Origin: an uncultured Rivularia sp.
GTDB taxonomy: Bacteria > Cyanobacteriota > Cyanobacteriia > Cyanobacteriales > Nostocaceae
Direction of reading: 5' to 3'
Assembly: GCA_963665115.1 (NCBI GenBank)
Contig: OY762007.1
Span: 7,392,001-7,456,000, forward strand
Length of the DNA: 64,000 nt
Within the stretch, counting starts at the first letter, position 1, and every line of letters begins with the position of its first letter. The position numbers and the translations under genes are program-made. Shown one piece after another: positions 11,468 to 22,199 of the stretch. Under the pieces are notes generated by a model that ran no database searches, was not told the DNA's origin, and worked only from the letters and a program-made list of their open reading frames with translations.

Positions 11468-11965
11468 ATGTCTAATAAATTGTTAAGTAGAGTAATAAAG
11501 CTATCATTTGTATTCTTATCGCTAAGTGTGGTATCCGGAATAAATACCTCTGTGAAGGCGGCTGATACTCCTCCACCAATATTTGGGGATATAACCATAA
11601 AGCGTCCTTTATCAAAAGATCCCCTAACAGTTCGCGGAATGAGCGGTGGCACTATAGAAGGAAAAAATATTTCCAATCGAAAAGATACGCCAACGGGAGC
11701 CTGTACTGGTTACATGGATAGAGAACCAGATCACACCCTGCGGTTAAAAAATAAATTTGATTACATGAAACTGGTAATAGAAAGTCCTGAAGATACCACT
11801 TTAATAATTAAAGGTCCCGGTGGTACGTGGTGTAATGACGAATTTGAAGGCAAAAACCCCGGTATTGCGGGCGAATGGCTTGAAGGTCCCTACCAAGTTT
11901 GGGTAGGTTCTTATAAAAAAGAAGAATATTTTCCCTATACTTTGAAAATTACGGAAGTTAAATGA
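11468..11965 (+). CDS. Secreted protein with PPC-like beta-sandwich (conserved cyanobacterial hypothetical)
   Basis: Signal peptide ending VKA; CTGY..PDH, DTTLIIKGPGGTWCNDE, GPYQVWVGS. Confidence 0.65.
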   Translation: MSNKLLSRVIKLSFVFLSLSVVSGINTSVKAADTPPPIFGDITIKRPLSKDPLTVRGMSGGTIEGKNISNRKDTPTGACTGYMDREPDHTLRLKNKFDYMKLVIESPEDTTLIIKGPGGTWCNDEFEGKNPGIAGEWLEGPYQVWVGSYKKEEYFPYTLKITEVK

Positions 11966-12431
11966 CAGTGAGCAGCGAACAGCTCTCTCTCGATTTTTTT
12001 GGGGTAAATAAAACAAAACTGTCTTTATGATTCCTCACGGCCTCTCTTGTAACATTAGAGAGGCTTTGATATTTCGGGGGATTGAAAGGCGATCGCGGTG
12101 AAAATAGCTGAAAAATTAGTTATATGAGAGGCGATCGCTTAAGAAATTTAAATTGCTTGCTGCTTGCTGGTAACTGCTCACTGCCCACTGTTCGCTGCTC
12201 ACTGTTCACTGCTCGCTGGTAACTGATATGGTAAAAAGTCTTAAAATTAAGTTACATTTAATTAAGAATAATAATAATGTTTTGGCAAATGTCGTATAGC
12301 CCGATCGGGTCAAGATGACAAGTCATACATAAACAAGAAAATTAAACTTTCTCGGGATTTATATACATCCGTTTCACATTAATCATGTTAACGGGGTGAT
12401 GCATCCCATTGGTATCTAGAGGCAAATTAAA

Positions 12432-14318
12432 ATGAAATTCTCTTGGAGAGTCCTAGTTCTTTGGACCTTGCCTGCTTTAGTGATAGGCTTTTTCTTTTGG
12501 CAAGGAGCGTTTGCGAATACTCCTGCTGATATGGGTAAAAATGCAGCTAGCACTCGCATGACCTACGGTCGTTTTCTGGAATACTTAGACGCTGGTCGAG
12601 TGACGATGGTGGATTTGTATGAAGGTGGTAGAACGGCGATTGTAGAAGCTGTTGATCCTGACCTTGATGGCCGGATTCAGCGCGTCCGCGTTGATTTACC
12701 TGCTAGCGCTCCAGAATTGATTACTAAGCTCAAGGAAGAAAACGTCAGCTTTGATGCCCATCCGGCAAGAAATGATGGAGCTATCTGGGGATTATTAGGC
12801 AATTTAGTTTTTCCAATCTTATTGATTGGCGGACTGTTCCTTTTGTTCCGTCGTTCCAGCAATCTTCCAGGTGGTCCAGGACAAGCCATGAATTTTGGTA
12901 AATCTCGGGCACGTTTCCAAATGGAAGCGAAAACTGGGGTGATGTTTGATGATGTAGCCGGAATTGAAGAAGCTAAGGAAGAACTTGGTGAAGTTGTTAC
13001 CTTCCTTAAGCAGCCTGAGAAGTTTACTGCTGTAGGCGCACGCATTCCCAAAGGTGTATTGTTAGTAGGACCTCCGGGAACTGGTAAAACCTTACTAGCA
13101 AAAGCAATTGCTGGTGAAGCTGGCGTACCTTTCTTCAGTATTTCTGGTTCCGAGTTCGTGGAAATGTTTGTGGGTGTGGGTGCTTCCCGCGTTCGCGATT
13201 TGTTTAAGAAGGCTAAAGATAACGCTCCTTGCATCATCTTTATTGATGAAATTGATGCCGTGGGAAGACAGCGTGGTGCGGGTATCGGTGGTGGTAACGA
13301 TGAGCGCGAACAAACCCTCAACCAGTTACTAACTGAGATGGATGGTTTTGAAGGTAACACCGGCATCATTATTATTGCTGCTACCAACCGTCCCGACGTA
13401 TTAGACGCAGCATTATTACGTCCCGGACGCTTTGACAGACAGGTGATGGTTGATGCACCTGATATCAAAGGACGTTTGGAAATCTTGGAAGTCCACGCAC
13501 GCAACAAGAAATTAAGCCCAGACGTATCTTTAGAAGCGATCGCTCGCCGTACTCCCGGTTTCACTGGTGCGGATTTAGCTAACTTGCTTAACGAAGCAGC
13601 GATTCTTACTGCCAGACGGCGTAAAGAAGGTATTACCCTAACAGAAATTGATGACGCTGTAGATCGGGTAGTTGCCGGTATGGAAGGCACACCTTTGGTA
13701 GACAGTAAGAGCAAGCGCTTGATTGCTTACCATGAAGTTGGTCATGCTTTAGTTGGAACTTTAATCAAAGACCACGACCCAGTACAAAAAGTTACCTTGA
13801 TTCCTCGCGGACAGGCACAGGGTTTAACTTGGTTTACTCCTAGTGAAGACCAGGGTTTAATTAGCCGCTCTCAGTTGAAAGCGAGAATTGCTGGAGCTTT
13901 AGGCGGGCGTGCTGCCGAACAAGTAATTTTTGGCAGAGGTGAAATTACTACTGGTGCCGGAAATGACCTGCAACAGGTAACTGGTATGGCACGACAAATG
14001 GTAACAAGATTCGGGATGTCCAATTTGGGACCATTGTCATTAGAAAGTCAGCAGGGAGAAGTATTCCTTGGTCGCGACTGGACTACACGCTCCGAATATT
14101 CTGAATCAATTGCAGCTCGTATTGATTCTCAAGTTCGTTCAATTGTTGAAGAACAGTATCAAGCTACTTTACAAATGATGCGCGAAAATCGCAGCTTGAT
14201 GGATAGATTAGTCGATTTACTAATTGAAAAAGAAACCATTGATGGTGATGAGTTTCGTCAAATTGTGGCTGAGTACGCCGAAGTACCAGAAAAACCACAA
14301 TATATTCCATCTTTGTAA
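12432..14318 (+). CDS. ftsH: ATP-dependent zinc metalloprotease FtsH (FtsH2-type)
   Basis: Two TM segments, [19 protein letters not shown] region, HEVGH zinc motif. Confidence 0.97.
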   Translation: MKFSWRVLVLWTLPALVIGFFFWQGAFANTPADMGKNAASTRMTYGRFLEYLDAGRVTMVDLYEGGRTAIVEAVDPDLDGRIQRVRVDLPASAPELITKLKEENVSFDAHPARNDGAIWGLLGNLVFPILLIGGLFLLFRRSSNLPGGPGQAMNFGKSRARFQMEAKTGVMFDDVAGIEEAKEELGEVVTFLKQPEKFTAVGARIPKGVLLVGPPGTGKTLLAKAIAGEAGVPFFSISGSEFVEMFVGVGASRVRDLFKKAKDNAPCIIFIDEIDAVGRQRGAGIGGGNDEREQTLNQLLTEMDGFEGNTGIIIIAATNRPDVLDAALLRPGRFDRQVMVDAPDIKGRLEILEVHARNKKLSPDVSLEAIARRTPGFTGADLANLLNEAAILTARRRKEGITLTEIDDAVDRVVAGMEGTPLVDSKSKRLIAYHEVGHALVGTLIKDHDPVQKVTLIPRGQAQGLTWFTPSEDQGLISRSQLKARIAGALGGRAAEQVIFGRGEITTGAGNDLQQVTGMARQMVTRFGMSNLGPLSLESQQGEVFLGRDWTTRSEYSESIAARIDSQVRSIVEEQYQATLQMMRENRSLMDRLVDLLIEKETIDGDEFRQIVAEYAEVPEKPQYIPSL

Positions 14319-14375
14319 TATTTTTTAATTCAGTTTCTCACATTTGAGAAGATTGGTTGATAAAAGTTGAAGAGT

Positions 14376-14418
14376 AAAAAAACAAGGGGATGCGATATCA
14401 TCGCGTCCTTCTTTTTTT
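14376..14418 (+). terminator. Intrinsic terminator after ftsH
   Basis: AAGGGGATGCGAT-ATC-ATCGCGTCCTTCTTTTTTT hairpin plus U-tract. Confidence 0.7.
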
Positions 14419-14437
14419 GCGATAAAAATCGAAAATT

Positions 14438-14588
14438 GTGTAGAGACGTTGCACTGCTACGTCTTCACATATTTTGGTTGGTATTGAGAGATTTTAGTTA
14501 AATAGTATAACCAGTCGAAAATATTTGTATTAGTTATTGGTTGGGAAACCAGATTATTGACAGACGTAGCACTGCTACATCTCTACAT
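14438..14588. repeat. REP pair of the GTAGAGACGTWGCACTGCWACGTCT family
   Basis: Copy at about 14439 and inverted copy at about 14562-14587. Another copy lies at 31630-31656. Confidence 0.7.
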
Positions 14589-14825
14589 TTTTGATGGGAG
14601 TGTTATTAAAAAGATGAATATGGGAACAATATTTACAAGTTAATTAAAATCTAATTTTTACAGCCTGCTGTTTATTCAAATTTTTAATGTCACCATCCAA
14701 GGCAATTCACGATCTACCTGTTAAATTCAACCGCACATTGTTAATTACGATGGTGGTGCTGCCAAACATTGATCGACAGCTGTTCTCGTATATTTGATTA
14801 TCAATCCAAAATCTAAAATCGAATT

Positions 14826-16112
14826 ATGCCTTCCAATTCAATTCTCATCGTTGACGATACACCTAATAATATCCGCCTTTTGTTCGATGTTTTGGACAGC
14901 GCCGGATTTGATATTTCTGTCGTTAGAAATGGCGAAACAGCTTTAGAAAAACTGCATCATATTCAACCGGATTTAATTCTGCTTGATGTAATGATGCCAG
15001 GAATCGACGGTTTTGAAACTTGTCGTCGTATCAAGTCTAATCCCGAAACGCGGGAAATACCGATCATTTTTATGACGGCTCTTTCCGACACCGAACATAA
15101 AGTAGGTGGCTTACAAATAGGTGCAATTGACTATATCACGAAACCGATTCAAGTTGAGGAAGTTTTAGCAAGAGTAAACGTACATTTGAATTTACGAAAT
15201 GTTCAACTCCAAGTTCAGCAGGAAGTAGTCGAACGCAAAAAAACAGAAGTCGAACTCAGACAAACTCTTGCTTCTATGCAACAAATGCAAACACAATTAA
15301 TTCAAAGCGAGAAAATGTCTGCTTTAGGAAACTTAGTGGCCGGAGTTGCTCACGAAATCAATAATCCTTTGGGTTTTCTCAATGGCAGTATCCGCAATGC
15401 TACAGACAACGTAAAAGATCTATTTGAACATATACAGCTATATCAGCAGGAATGCTCAAGTCCTACAGATAAAATTACCAAACACGCTGAAGAGATTGAT
15501 TTAGAATATATTAAGGAAGATTTACCGCAAATTTTTGATGCGATGCAGAAAGCCACAAATCGCATTCAAAGTATTAGTAATAGTCTGCGTACTTTCTCCA
15601 GAGGTGATACTCAGTGCAAAGTCAGCGCTAACTTACATGAAGGAATTGATAGCACTATTTTAATTTTAAAATATCGTCTTAAAGCAAATGACAAGCGTCC
15701 AGCAATTGAGGTTACAACCGAGTATGACGTTCTACCTGAAATTAAATATTTCCCAGGGCAATTAAATCAAGTATTTATGAATATTTTAGCAAATGCTATT
15801 GATGCATTAGAAGAGTCAAATAAAGGATTAAGTTTTAAAGAAATAGAACTTAATCCCAACAGAATTATTATAAAAACTTATTTAGAGAATAATTACATTA
15901 AAATTAGTATTGCTGATAACGGTAAAGGAATGCCTGAAGAGATAAAACATAAGATATTCGACCATTTATTTACGACTAAGGAAGTTGGAAAAGGTACGGG
16001 ATTGGGATTATCTATAGCTCGCCAAATTCTTGTAGAAAAGCATGGCGGTAATTTAGAAGTAAATTCGGAATTGGGTAAAGGAACTGAGTTTGTAATTGCA
16101 ATTCCTATTTGA
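14826..16112 (+). CDS. Hybrid response regulator / sensor histidine kinase (REC-HisKA-HATPase)
   Basis: ILIVDD, LLDVMMP, AGVAHEINNPL, NILANAID, DNGKG, GTGLGL. Confidence 0.93.
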   Translation: MPSNSILIVDDTPNNIRLLFDVLDSAGFDISVVRNGETALEKLHHIQPDLILLDVMMPGIDGFETCRRIKSNPETREIPIIFMTALSDTEHKVGGLQIGAIDYITKPIQVEEVLARVNVHLNLRNVQLQVQQEVVERKKTEVELRQTLASMQQMQTQLIQSEKMSALGNLVAGVAHEINNPLGFLNGSIRNATDNVKDLFEHIQLYQQECSSPTDKITKHAEEIDLEYIKEDLPQIFDAMQKATNRIQSISNSLRTFSRGDTQCKVSANLHEGIDSTILILKYRLKANDKRPAIEVTTEYDVLPEIKYFPGQLNQVFMNILANAIDALEESNKGLSFKEIELNPNRIIIKTYLENNYIKISIADNGKGMPEEIKHKIFDHLFTTKEVGKGTGLGLSIARQILVEKHGGNLEVNSELGKGTEFVIAIPI

Positions 16113-16165
16113 TGAAGATGGTTTAATTTGATTGTTCCGTAATTGTTAAGTAAATGGTTATACTC

Positions 16166-16255
16166 CTAGTACAGTACGGCGTAAATAAAGCACCCATTTA
16201 AAAAGTTTGAAAGCCTTATCATATAATACTTTTTACTTCCGCGCAGCGGTACTAG
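16166..16255. mobile_element. 90-bp MITE-like element bounded by CTAG
   Basis: Left end CTAGTACAGTACGGCGTAAAT; right end reverse complement CTAGTACCGCTGCGCGGAAGT. Confidence 0.5.
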
Positions 16256-16389
16256 TCACTTGGCTGTTTTGGCAAAGGAAAACTCAACAGGTAATGCAGG
16301 AGATTTAAATATTGCTGCTGGTAATTTATAACAATATTAAAATCAGTAAAATGGAAAAATACAAACGATGTTTTAATAGAAAGTTTTTA

Positions 16390-17715
16390 CTAAAGAATGC
16401 TATCCAAATTTTGATAAAAATACGAGCGATATAATTCTCTACTCACAATTGCACCATCGGCAGTTAATTTAACTAATCCAATACTTTCTAATTTATAGGC
16501 AACTGTAGGTGGAAGATTTACGGTTGTTTGCCCTGTCAGCATTTCGGTGAATGTTGCTGCTAAATCGGGATTTTTTTGTAAACAATCCAACTTTTCTCGT
16601 AAATGATGCCGAAAAATGCCTCTTTCCGTACTTGCTTGTTCTAATAACTGCTCTAAATTTAATTCTTGTTGACTTAAATTGTAAAGTGCAATATTAATTA
16701 AATTCGGTTGTCCACCTATTACTTCCATTAATTTTATAGCTTGATTATTTTGTTGCCAATCTAACCCGTAACGTGCTGCTAATTCTTCTATTTGCTCAAG
16801 CGTAAAATCGGGTATTTGGATGGGTAATCCAATATTAAATGGCGAATGATTCAAGTCTAAAGGGACATAAATATCGGTAGAATAATCTAGGATTAAGCGC
16901 AATTTGTGCCAAACGGGGTTGTACTGTGCATTTTCATGCCAAGAACGTAATAATGATAAGAATTCTTGAGCTAATTTTCGATATTCAAAAACAAGATTGA
17001 GTTCGTCGAATGATAAAACCAAGGGGCTATTGAGAGCTTCTAATATATAAGCCTGGAAATAAAGATTGCAGCTTAATTTACTACCAATTTCTTCATCCCA
17101 ACATTCATCAAGCTGAGGTTCGAGATCCAAACTTTTTGAAATAATACTGCACAACCAGCGTAAAAAAATATCTAAATCTAGAAACTTGTCGGCATCTACT
17201 AAATTTAAATCTATATGTACTGTATAGTAACTTAATGATTTTGCATAATCTAAAGCTCTAAATTTTAAAGAAGTTTTTCCCATTCCTTTGGGAGCTTTGA
17301 TGCGAATCATACATCCGGCACGGGAGATTTCCCGATTCATTAATTCCTCAATCGGGGGACGGGGAATATACAATTTGGAATAGAGCGATACTGGTCCGCT
17401 GAGATATTCTATATCCTTAATTTGTTCTACTTCTTCCCAAATGTTGTAATCAGAATCGATTAATTCCAAATCAAAAGCGGTAAAGCATAGTTTCACCGAT
17501 CGCGAATCTAATCCCGTTTTCAAAGACCACAATCGCGATAGTGTATTAGTGGAAACACCGATGCGGTTGCTTAATTCTTCTTGAGTAAAACGTCTACCAT
17601 CATTTTCTTGCAACTGGGCTGCCTGTATCGCTGCTTGCAGTCGTTTCAATCCCGTTGTAGTCAGTACTATACCTCGCCTTCGCCTCTGTCTTGTAGCCTC
17701 CATTTCGGTAAACAC
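16390..17715 (-). CDS. XRE-type HTH plus AAA-like (AAA_35) domain protein
   Basis: RRRRRGIVLT..G..RL, FTQEELSNRIGVSTNTLSRL (HTH); YIPRPPIE, IKAPKGMGKTSL, FDE, SPFNIG. Confidence 0.8.
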   Translation of the reverse strand: MFTEMEATRQRRRRGIVLTTTGLKRLQAAIQAAQLQENDGRRFTQEELSNRIGVSTNTLSRLWSLKTGLDSRSVKLCFTAFDLELIDSDYNIWEEVEQIKDIEYLSGPVSLYSKLYIPRPPIEELMNREISRAGCMIRIKAPKGMGKTSLKFRALDYAKSLSYYTVHIDLNLVDADKFLDLDIFLRWLCSIISKSLDLEPQLDECWDEEIGSKLSCNLYFQAYILEALNSPLVLSFDELNLVFEYRKLAQEFLSLLRSWHENAQYNPVWHKLRLILDYSTDIYVPLDLNHSPFNIGLPIQIPDFTLEQIEELAARYGLDWQQNNQAIKLMEVIGGQPNLINIALYNLSQQELNLEQLLEQASTERGIFRHHLREKLDCLQKNPDLAATFTEMLTGQTTVNLPPTVAYKLESIGLVKLTADGAIVSRELYRSYFYQNLDSIL

Positions 17716-17990
17716 CTTTCGCAGCTTGCACCAAAAATATTAACGTATTAGCTAGCGCTTGACTGCTTTAGTACTACCAAATTATCAAATGGTTGTATGG
17801 TTTCTTAAGGAATGAGGCTTTATGCTTCAAAACAATAAATATCTTCAATGAATTCTTAACTGGCTTAACTGCTATTGAAGGCGATTATTTGTATATGCCA
17901 AAATAAAGATTCAATCAAATACCCAATTTACTAGCAAACCGAATAGTTTTCTTCCCTGGAAGACTATCAATGTGTTAAATGTGTTCCCTA

Positions 17991-18027
17991 TATACCGCCA
18001 GATTACTCCAAGTAATCTGGCGGTATA
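17991..18027. terminator. Perfect 17-bp hairpin, possible terminator or RNA stability element
   Basis: TATACCGCCAGATTACT-CCA-AGTAATCTGGCGGTATA. Confidence 0.5.
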
Positions 18028-18213
18028 AAAATTATTAATGTTGTTTTGAAATTATACTTAATACCTCGCGAGGAATAGATTAAATATGATATCTTACAGC
18101 ATTCTTAATAAGGTTAAAGAAACCGGGAATGGAGTTATTGGTGCAAGATGTTAGTTAAATTAATTTCTTCTCCTCCTAATCTCTGTTCCCTGTTCCCTAC
18201 TCCCTGTATTTAA

Positions 18214-19119
18214 TTACTTTTCGCGAATATCTTGATGGGAGTCTATAACTAATCGCATAGTTTCCACAGTGAGTTCCCGTAAATCCCGATTCAAAGGAAT
18301 TGCTCCCCTCTCCCCAAACCAGCGATCGAATATGGTTACATATTTACTTTCATTATTTACAAAACCTTGCATAAACCCGTAGAAGGTAAAGTTTACGGTA
18401 TCGAGAAAATCGGAATTATTTTCGGGAACCATACAGGCAATACCTTCTCTAGAGTAGGGACGATCTGGTACTACTTGATAAGTATTAAAATTTTGTTTTT
18501 GACCCAACCAAGCTTCTAAAAGAATACCATCGTCAGCAAAAGCATCTATTTTTCCTTGCTGCAAAGCTGTATATCCTTGCCATCTATCTTTGAGATATAC
18601 CAATTTGGCTTGTGGTTGCGCCTGCTCAATAGCCTTTTCGTTCGTGGTTTTTGCTAAAACTCCGATTCTCTTACCAATTAAGCTTTTTGGAGAACTCAAA
18701 TTACTTCCTTTCTTAACTAATAATTTAGTACCAGTAGCACCATAGCTAAAGGAAAAATCCACATTTTTATTCCGCTCCCAGGTAAAGCTGCTGGCATCGC
18801 AAACGATATCAACTTTTCTATTAACTATATTAGGAATGCGTCCAGATGGGGGGAGTGCAACTAATTTAAGTTGCACTTTTTTACCCAATTCTTTTTCTAA
18901 TTGCTGCTGGATAAGTTTGAGCATATCCACAGAATAACCAATCAATTGCCCTTCTCTATCTTTATAAGCAAAAGGGAAAGCATCTTTACTTGTTCCTGCT
19001 GTCAGTACACCCGTGCGTTTTACCTTTTCCATCACAGTTTCTGCGGAAGCAACACTGGGTAGCGCTGCTGTTAATAGCATCAAAGAACTTATTGCTGCAA
19101 TTGCAATTTTTTTAGACAT
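18214..19119 (-). CDS. Family-3 (amino acid) extracellular solute-binding protein, GrrP-like orphan
   Basis: Signal peptide ending ASA; GTSKDAFPFAY, GYSVDM, SFTWER..VDFS, GKIDAFADD. No permease or ATPase gene is adjacent. Confidence 0.8.
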   Translation of the reverse strand: MSKKIAIAAISSLMLLTAALPSVASAETVMEKVKRTGVLTAGTSKDAFPFAYKDREGQLIGYSVDMLKLIQQQLEKELGKKVQLKLVALPPSGRIPNIVNRKVDIVCDASSFTWERNKNVDFSFSYGATGTKLLVKKGSNLSSPKSLIGKRIGVLAKTTNEKAIEQAQPQAKLVYLKDRWQGYTALQQGKIDAFADDGILLEAWLGQKQNFNTYQVVPDRPYSREGIACMVPENNSDFLDTVNFTFYGFMQGFVNNESKYVTIFDRWFGERGAIPLNRDLRELTVETMRLVIDSHQDIREK

Positions 19120-19289
19120 CCTCACTCCTCGTACCACCAGGGTTGACTTTTAAATTTCCACGTAGGTTAAAAATACAGTAATTACCCTGTAAGATTACAA
19201 GTTAAGATGATACAAGTCACAATTTTTTATATTTTTACATCGATTAAATAAAAATAAATAAAATACAAGGTAATAATTTATTCAAAACT

Positions 19290-21149
19290 ATGGAAAATAT
19301 AATCATATTTGTAGTATGGGTCACAATTGGCTTTACTGTTTATTGGTTTCTTTCTAAAAAGTCTGTAAAAAGCAAATCATCGAACTATAAAATCAACAGT
19401 AACTCGCCCTTATTCCATAGTGATTATTATCCGATCGATCAAACAGTTAATCGACAATATCAACCTGTTGCAGAATGGAGCGGCCGTTTAATTTTACCAG
19501 TCAAACCTCAAAACGAGTGTTTTGTCGAATTTGAAGTTCAAAATGCTCCCGATTTATATATGCATCTGCTCGGTAAGGTTGTGAAGTTGAAGTGGAGTAA
19601 CGATACCTTAGTGCAAGAATATGTGAAACGGGTAAGCTTTGACGTTAATTTTTCTAAGCAAGCTAAGAAAAGTCATCAAAGAGGTTTTGTTCATCCCGTA
19701 AGATTGGATGGACGTTCTCAGGTCGATCCTTTAGAATCTTTAGCAGGTGCAAGGACGATGGATGATGTCTGCGTTATGCTATTGCAACCGGAAGTGGAAA
19801 TAAATGCAGCAGGAGAAACGCAATTAATTATTAAAGAAGAACCCATTCAAATTACCGGGCGTTTAGTGGGTTTGGTAAAAATTTTAGCAAGAATAGAATC
19901 ACATAGCGATTTATTTAAAGTTTGTCACTACAACAAAGCAACTAAAAACTTTTACAAGGGAATTGAAGAAATAATTTGCATACCGCAAGTACCAAAAGAC
20001 ATAAAGGGCATTTCTCGTTCGAGTAATAAAGATATTGAAAAATCGCCACTGAATTTTCAAGGTTGGTATATTTACGGCGCACCCGATGCCAATGGTACTT
20101 TTGTCGTACAGGCTATTGAACCCCGCGTTTTAGTTAAGTTAGAACCCCAAAAAGTAATTACAAAATCTGAGGAAGTATTTAGATATATAAAACGAGGAAT
20201 ATGGGCAAAAATTAAATCGCAAAAAGGAAAGTGCCAGACAGTTTTATTAGCACCAAATAAAAAAGATGCAAAAAGCGCCGTATCTGAGTGGCATTTAGGC
20301 GATAAAGCTTTGACAATGCATTTATTTGGCGGTATCGGCGGTAAAAAAGCAGAAGCACCCGCTTGGCTTCCGGTTGCAGGTCACTTTTCCTACGGGATTG
20401 CAGAAGTTGTACGCGATCGCATTACGTCGGAATTACGTTTTGATATCGTTTACTATCAAGTTTATGGTCATAATGCAGACGGAATCATTTCGGGAAGTGT
20501 AACTTGGGCTACTTATATGGGTTCTTTGTGGCAGGGTTGGTTGGGAACTCGTCCGGTATGCGATATTCTAATAAAATACGAGCCGATAATTAGCAATTAT
20601 GATTTTGACGGAGTTAAATTATCTCCTTTAAATGAGTTTATTGAAGAACTTAGAGAAATTACAGCCCGTTACCGCGTCGGAGATGGAACTGGTGCATCAT
20701 TAATAACACCAACAGCTTCCTGCGTTCAAGATTCCAACCAAGCACTTTACGCCACAATTTACGATATACAAAAACTCGTTAAGTTAAATCCAACAATCAA
20801 CCAATGGTTAGAAAAACATCCCAAAGATAAGCAAACTCAGTATTTTAACGAATTAATATCTTTAGGAAACATTTTAGAAAAACAGTTAGTTCCTATGGGA
20901 GTTGTGCGGCGAGACTGGCGACAAAATGCAAAAGATTTATTTGGAACTAATAGTAAAAACAGCAATATTATTACAATTGCGATAAATATGCTCAAAAGTT
21001 GGCGAACCGTATTTCCCAAGAGAGCGCAAGACGAAACCACTAAAATTTTTCTCAAGCAAAATGCTATGGCATGGGTTTTAAGAAGCAATCAGGTAGGAGG
21101 TTTTGACGATAATATTGCACCTGTAGCGCCGACGACTCTTTTTAAGTAG
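19290..21149 (+). CDS. Cyanobacterial 'abortive infection/CAAX-associated' large domain protein with one N-terminal TM
   Basis: YQPVAEWSGRLILP, PLESLAGAR, HLFGGIGG, GHFSYG, RYRVGDGTG, SCVQDSNQALY, RSNQVGG recalled from this family. No CAAX membrane domain is present. Confidence 0.6.
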   Translation: MENIIIFVVWVTIGFTVYWFLSKKSVKSKSSNYKINSNSPLFHSDYYPIDQTVNRQYQPVAEWSGRLILPVKPQNECFVEFEVQNAPDLYMHLLGKVVKLKWSNDTLVQEYVKRVSFDVNFSKQAKKSHQRGFVHPVRLDGRSQVDPLESLAGARTMDDVCVMLLQPEVEINAAGETQLIIKEEPIQITGRLVGLVKILARIESHSDLFKVCHYNKATKNFYKGIEEIICIPQVPKDIKGISRSSNKDIEKSPLNFQGWYIYGAPDANGTFVVQAIEPRVLVKLEPQKVITKSEEVFRYIKRGIWAKIKSQKGKCQTVLLAPNKKDAKSAVSEWHLGDKALTMHLFGGIGGKKAEAPAWLPVAGHFSYGIAEVVRDRITSELRFDIVYYQVYGHNADGIISGSVTWATYMGSLWQGWLGTRPVCDILIKYEPIISNYDFDGVKLSPLNEFIEELREITARYRVGDGTGASLITPTASCVQDSNQALYATIYDIQKLVKLNPTINQWLEKHPKDKQTQYFNELISLGNILEKQLVPMGVVRRDWRQNAKDLFGTNSKNSNIITIAINMLKSWRTVFPKRAQDETTKIFLKQNAMAWVLRSNQVGGFDDNIAPVAPTTLFK

Positions 21150-21354
21150 GGGATTGGGAATTGGGGATTGGGAATTGGGGATTGGTGATGGGGTGATGAA
21201 TAGCGAGCGAGACGTATGTCCTTACGGACACGCTACGCTAACGCACTCCTAACCTTTAATTTTTGACCTTTGACCTTTAATTAACTTCTATTTTCGATCG
21301 TATTCGATAAAATTGCTAGGTACATTATTCTTTGCTTTAATTGCGATACGATTT

Positions 21355-21993
21355 ATGACTCTTAATTTATATTTTCTGCGACATGGAGAAACTACTTTTA
21401 GCCAAAGTGGTGATTTTTGCGGTGAAACTAATGCGGAGTTAACGTCAGAAGGGGTGCATATGGCGGAGGGTTTTGCTGATGCTTATAAGAAGCTGAAGTG
21501 GGAAGCTGTTTATGCTAGTCCGATGAAGCGTACTGTGGCGACTGCGAAACCGTTTTGCGATGCTACGGGAATTGATATGCAGCTACGCGATGGGCTTAGG
21601 GAAGGTAGTTATGGTGAATGGGAAGGTAAGAGTAAGGAATTTGCTCAAGAAAATTACGCCGAAAATTATATTAATTGGTTAACTGAACCCGCTTGGAATG
21701 CACCGAAGGGTGGAGAAACTGCGGAGGATATAGCTAACCGTGCGATGCCTGTAATTGCTGAGATTCAGAAGAAACATCCTCAAGGCAATGTTTTGGTGGT
21801 TTCTCATAAGGCAACGATTCGGATTATGCTTTGTAGTCTATTAGGTATTGATTTGGGGCGTTACCGTTACCGGATTAATATTTTAGTTGCGTCGGTGAGT
21901 ATGGTTAAGTTTGATGTTCATGGCCCTTTGTTGGAAGTTTTGGGCGATCGCTATCATATGCCCCAGGATATTCGCAATCGGAAAGGGACTTAA
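21355..21993 (+). CDS. Histidine phosphatase (phosphoglycerate mutase family)
   Basis: LYFLRHGET, ASPMKR, LREGSYGEWEG, VVSH. Confidence 0.9.
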   Translation: MTLNLYFLRHGETTFSQSGDFCGETNAELTSEGVHMAEGFADAYKKLKWEAVYASPMKRTVATAKPFCDATGIDMQLRDGLREGSYGEWEGKSKEFAQENYAENYINWLTEPAWNAPKGGETAEDIANRAMPVIAEIQKKHPQGNVLVVSHKATIRIMLCSLLGIDLGRYRYRINILVASVSMVKFDVHGPLLEVLGDRYHMPQDIRNRKGT

Positions 21994-22199
21994 AATTTAG
22001 GGAATTGGGGATTGGGAATTAAAAGTACCTGGCGGTTGAAACCGCTGCTACATAGGCAAAACCCACCTGCGTGGGTTTATTAATTCTACGTGGTAGGGTG
22101 GGTTAGGCATTTTAATATATTCAAAGAGGTTGCAAATTAAAATTGCCGTAACCCACCATTTATTTGCTGTTGAATAGAAGAAATATTTATTTTTTATTC

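Noticed and set aside
12677..13714. 345-aa antisense ORF
   Set aside because: Shadow of ftsH caused by codon bias. The same applies to antisense ORFs within ligA and the MATE gene.
19162..19176. NtcA site upstream of the solute-binding protein
   Set aside because: Spacing is GTA-N9-TAC, not the required GTA-N8-TAC.
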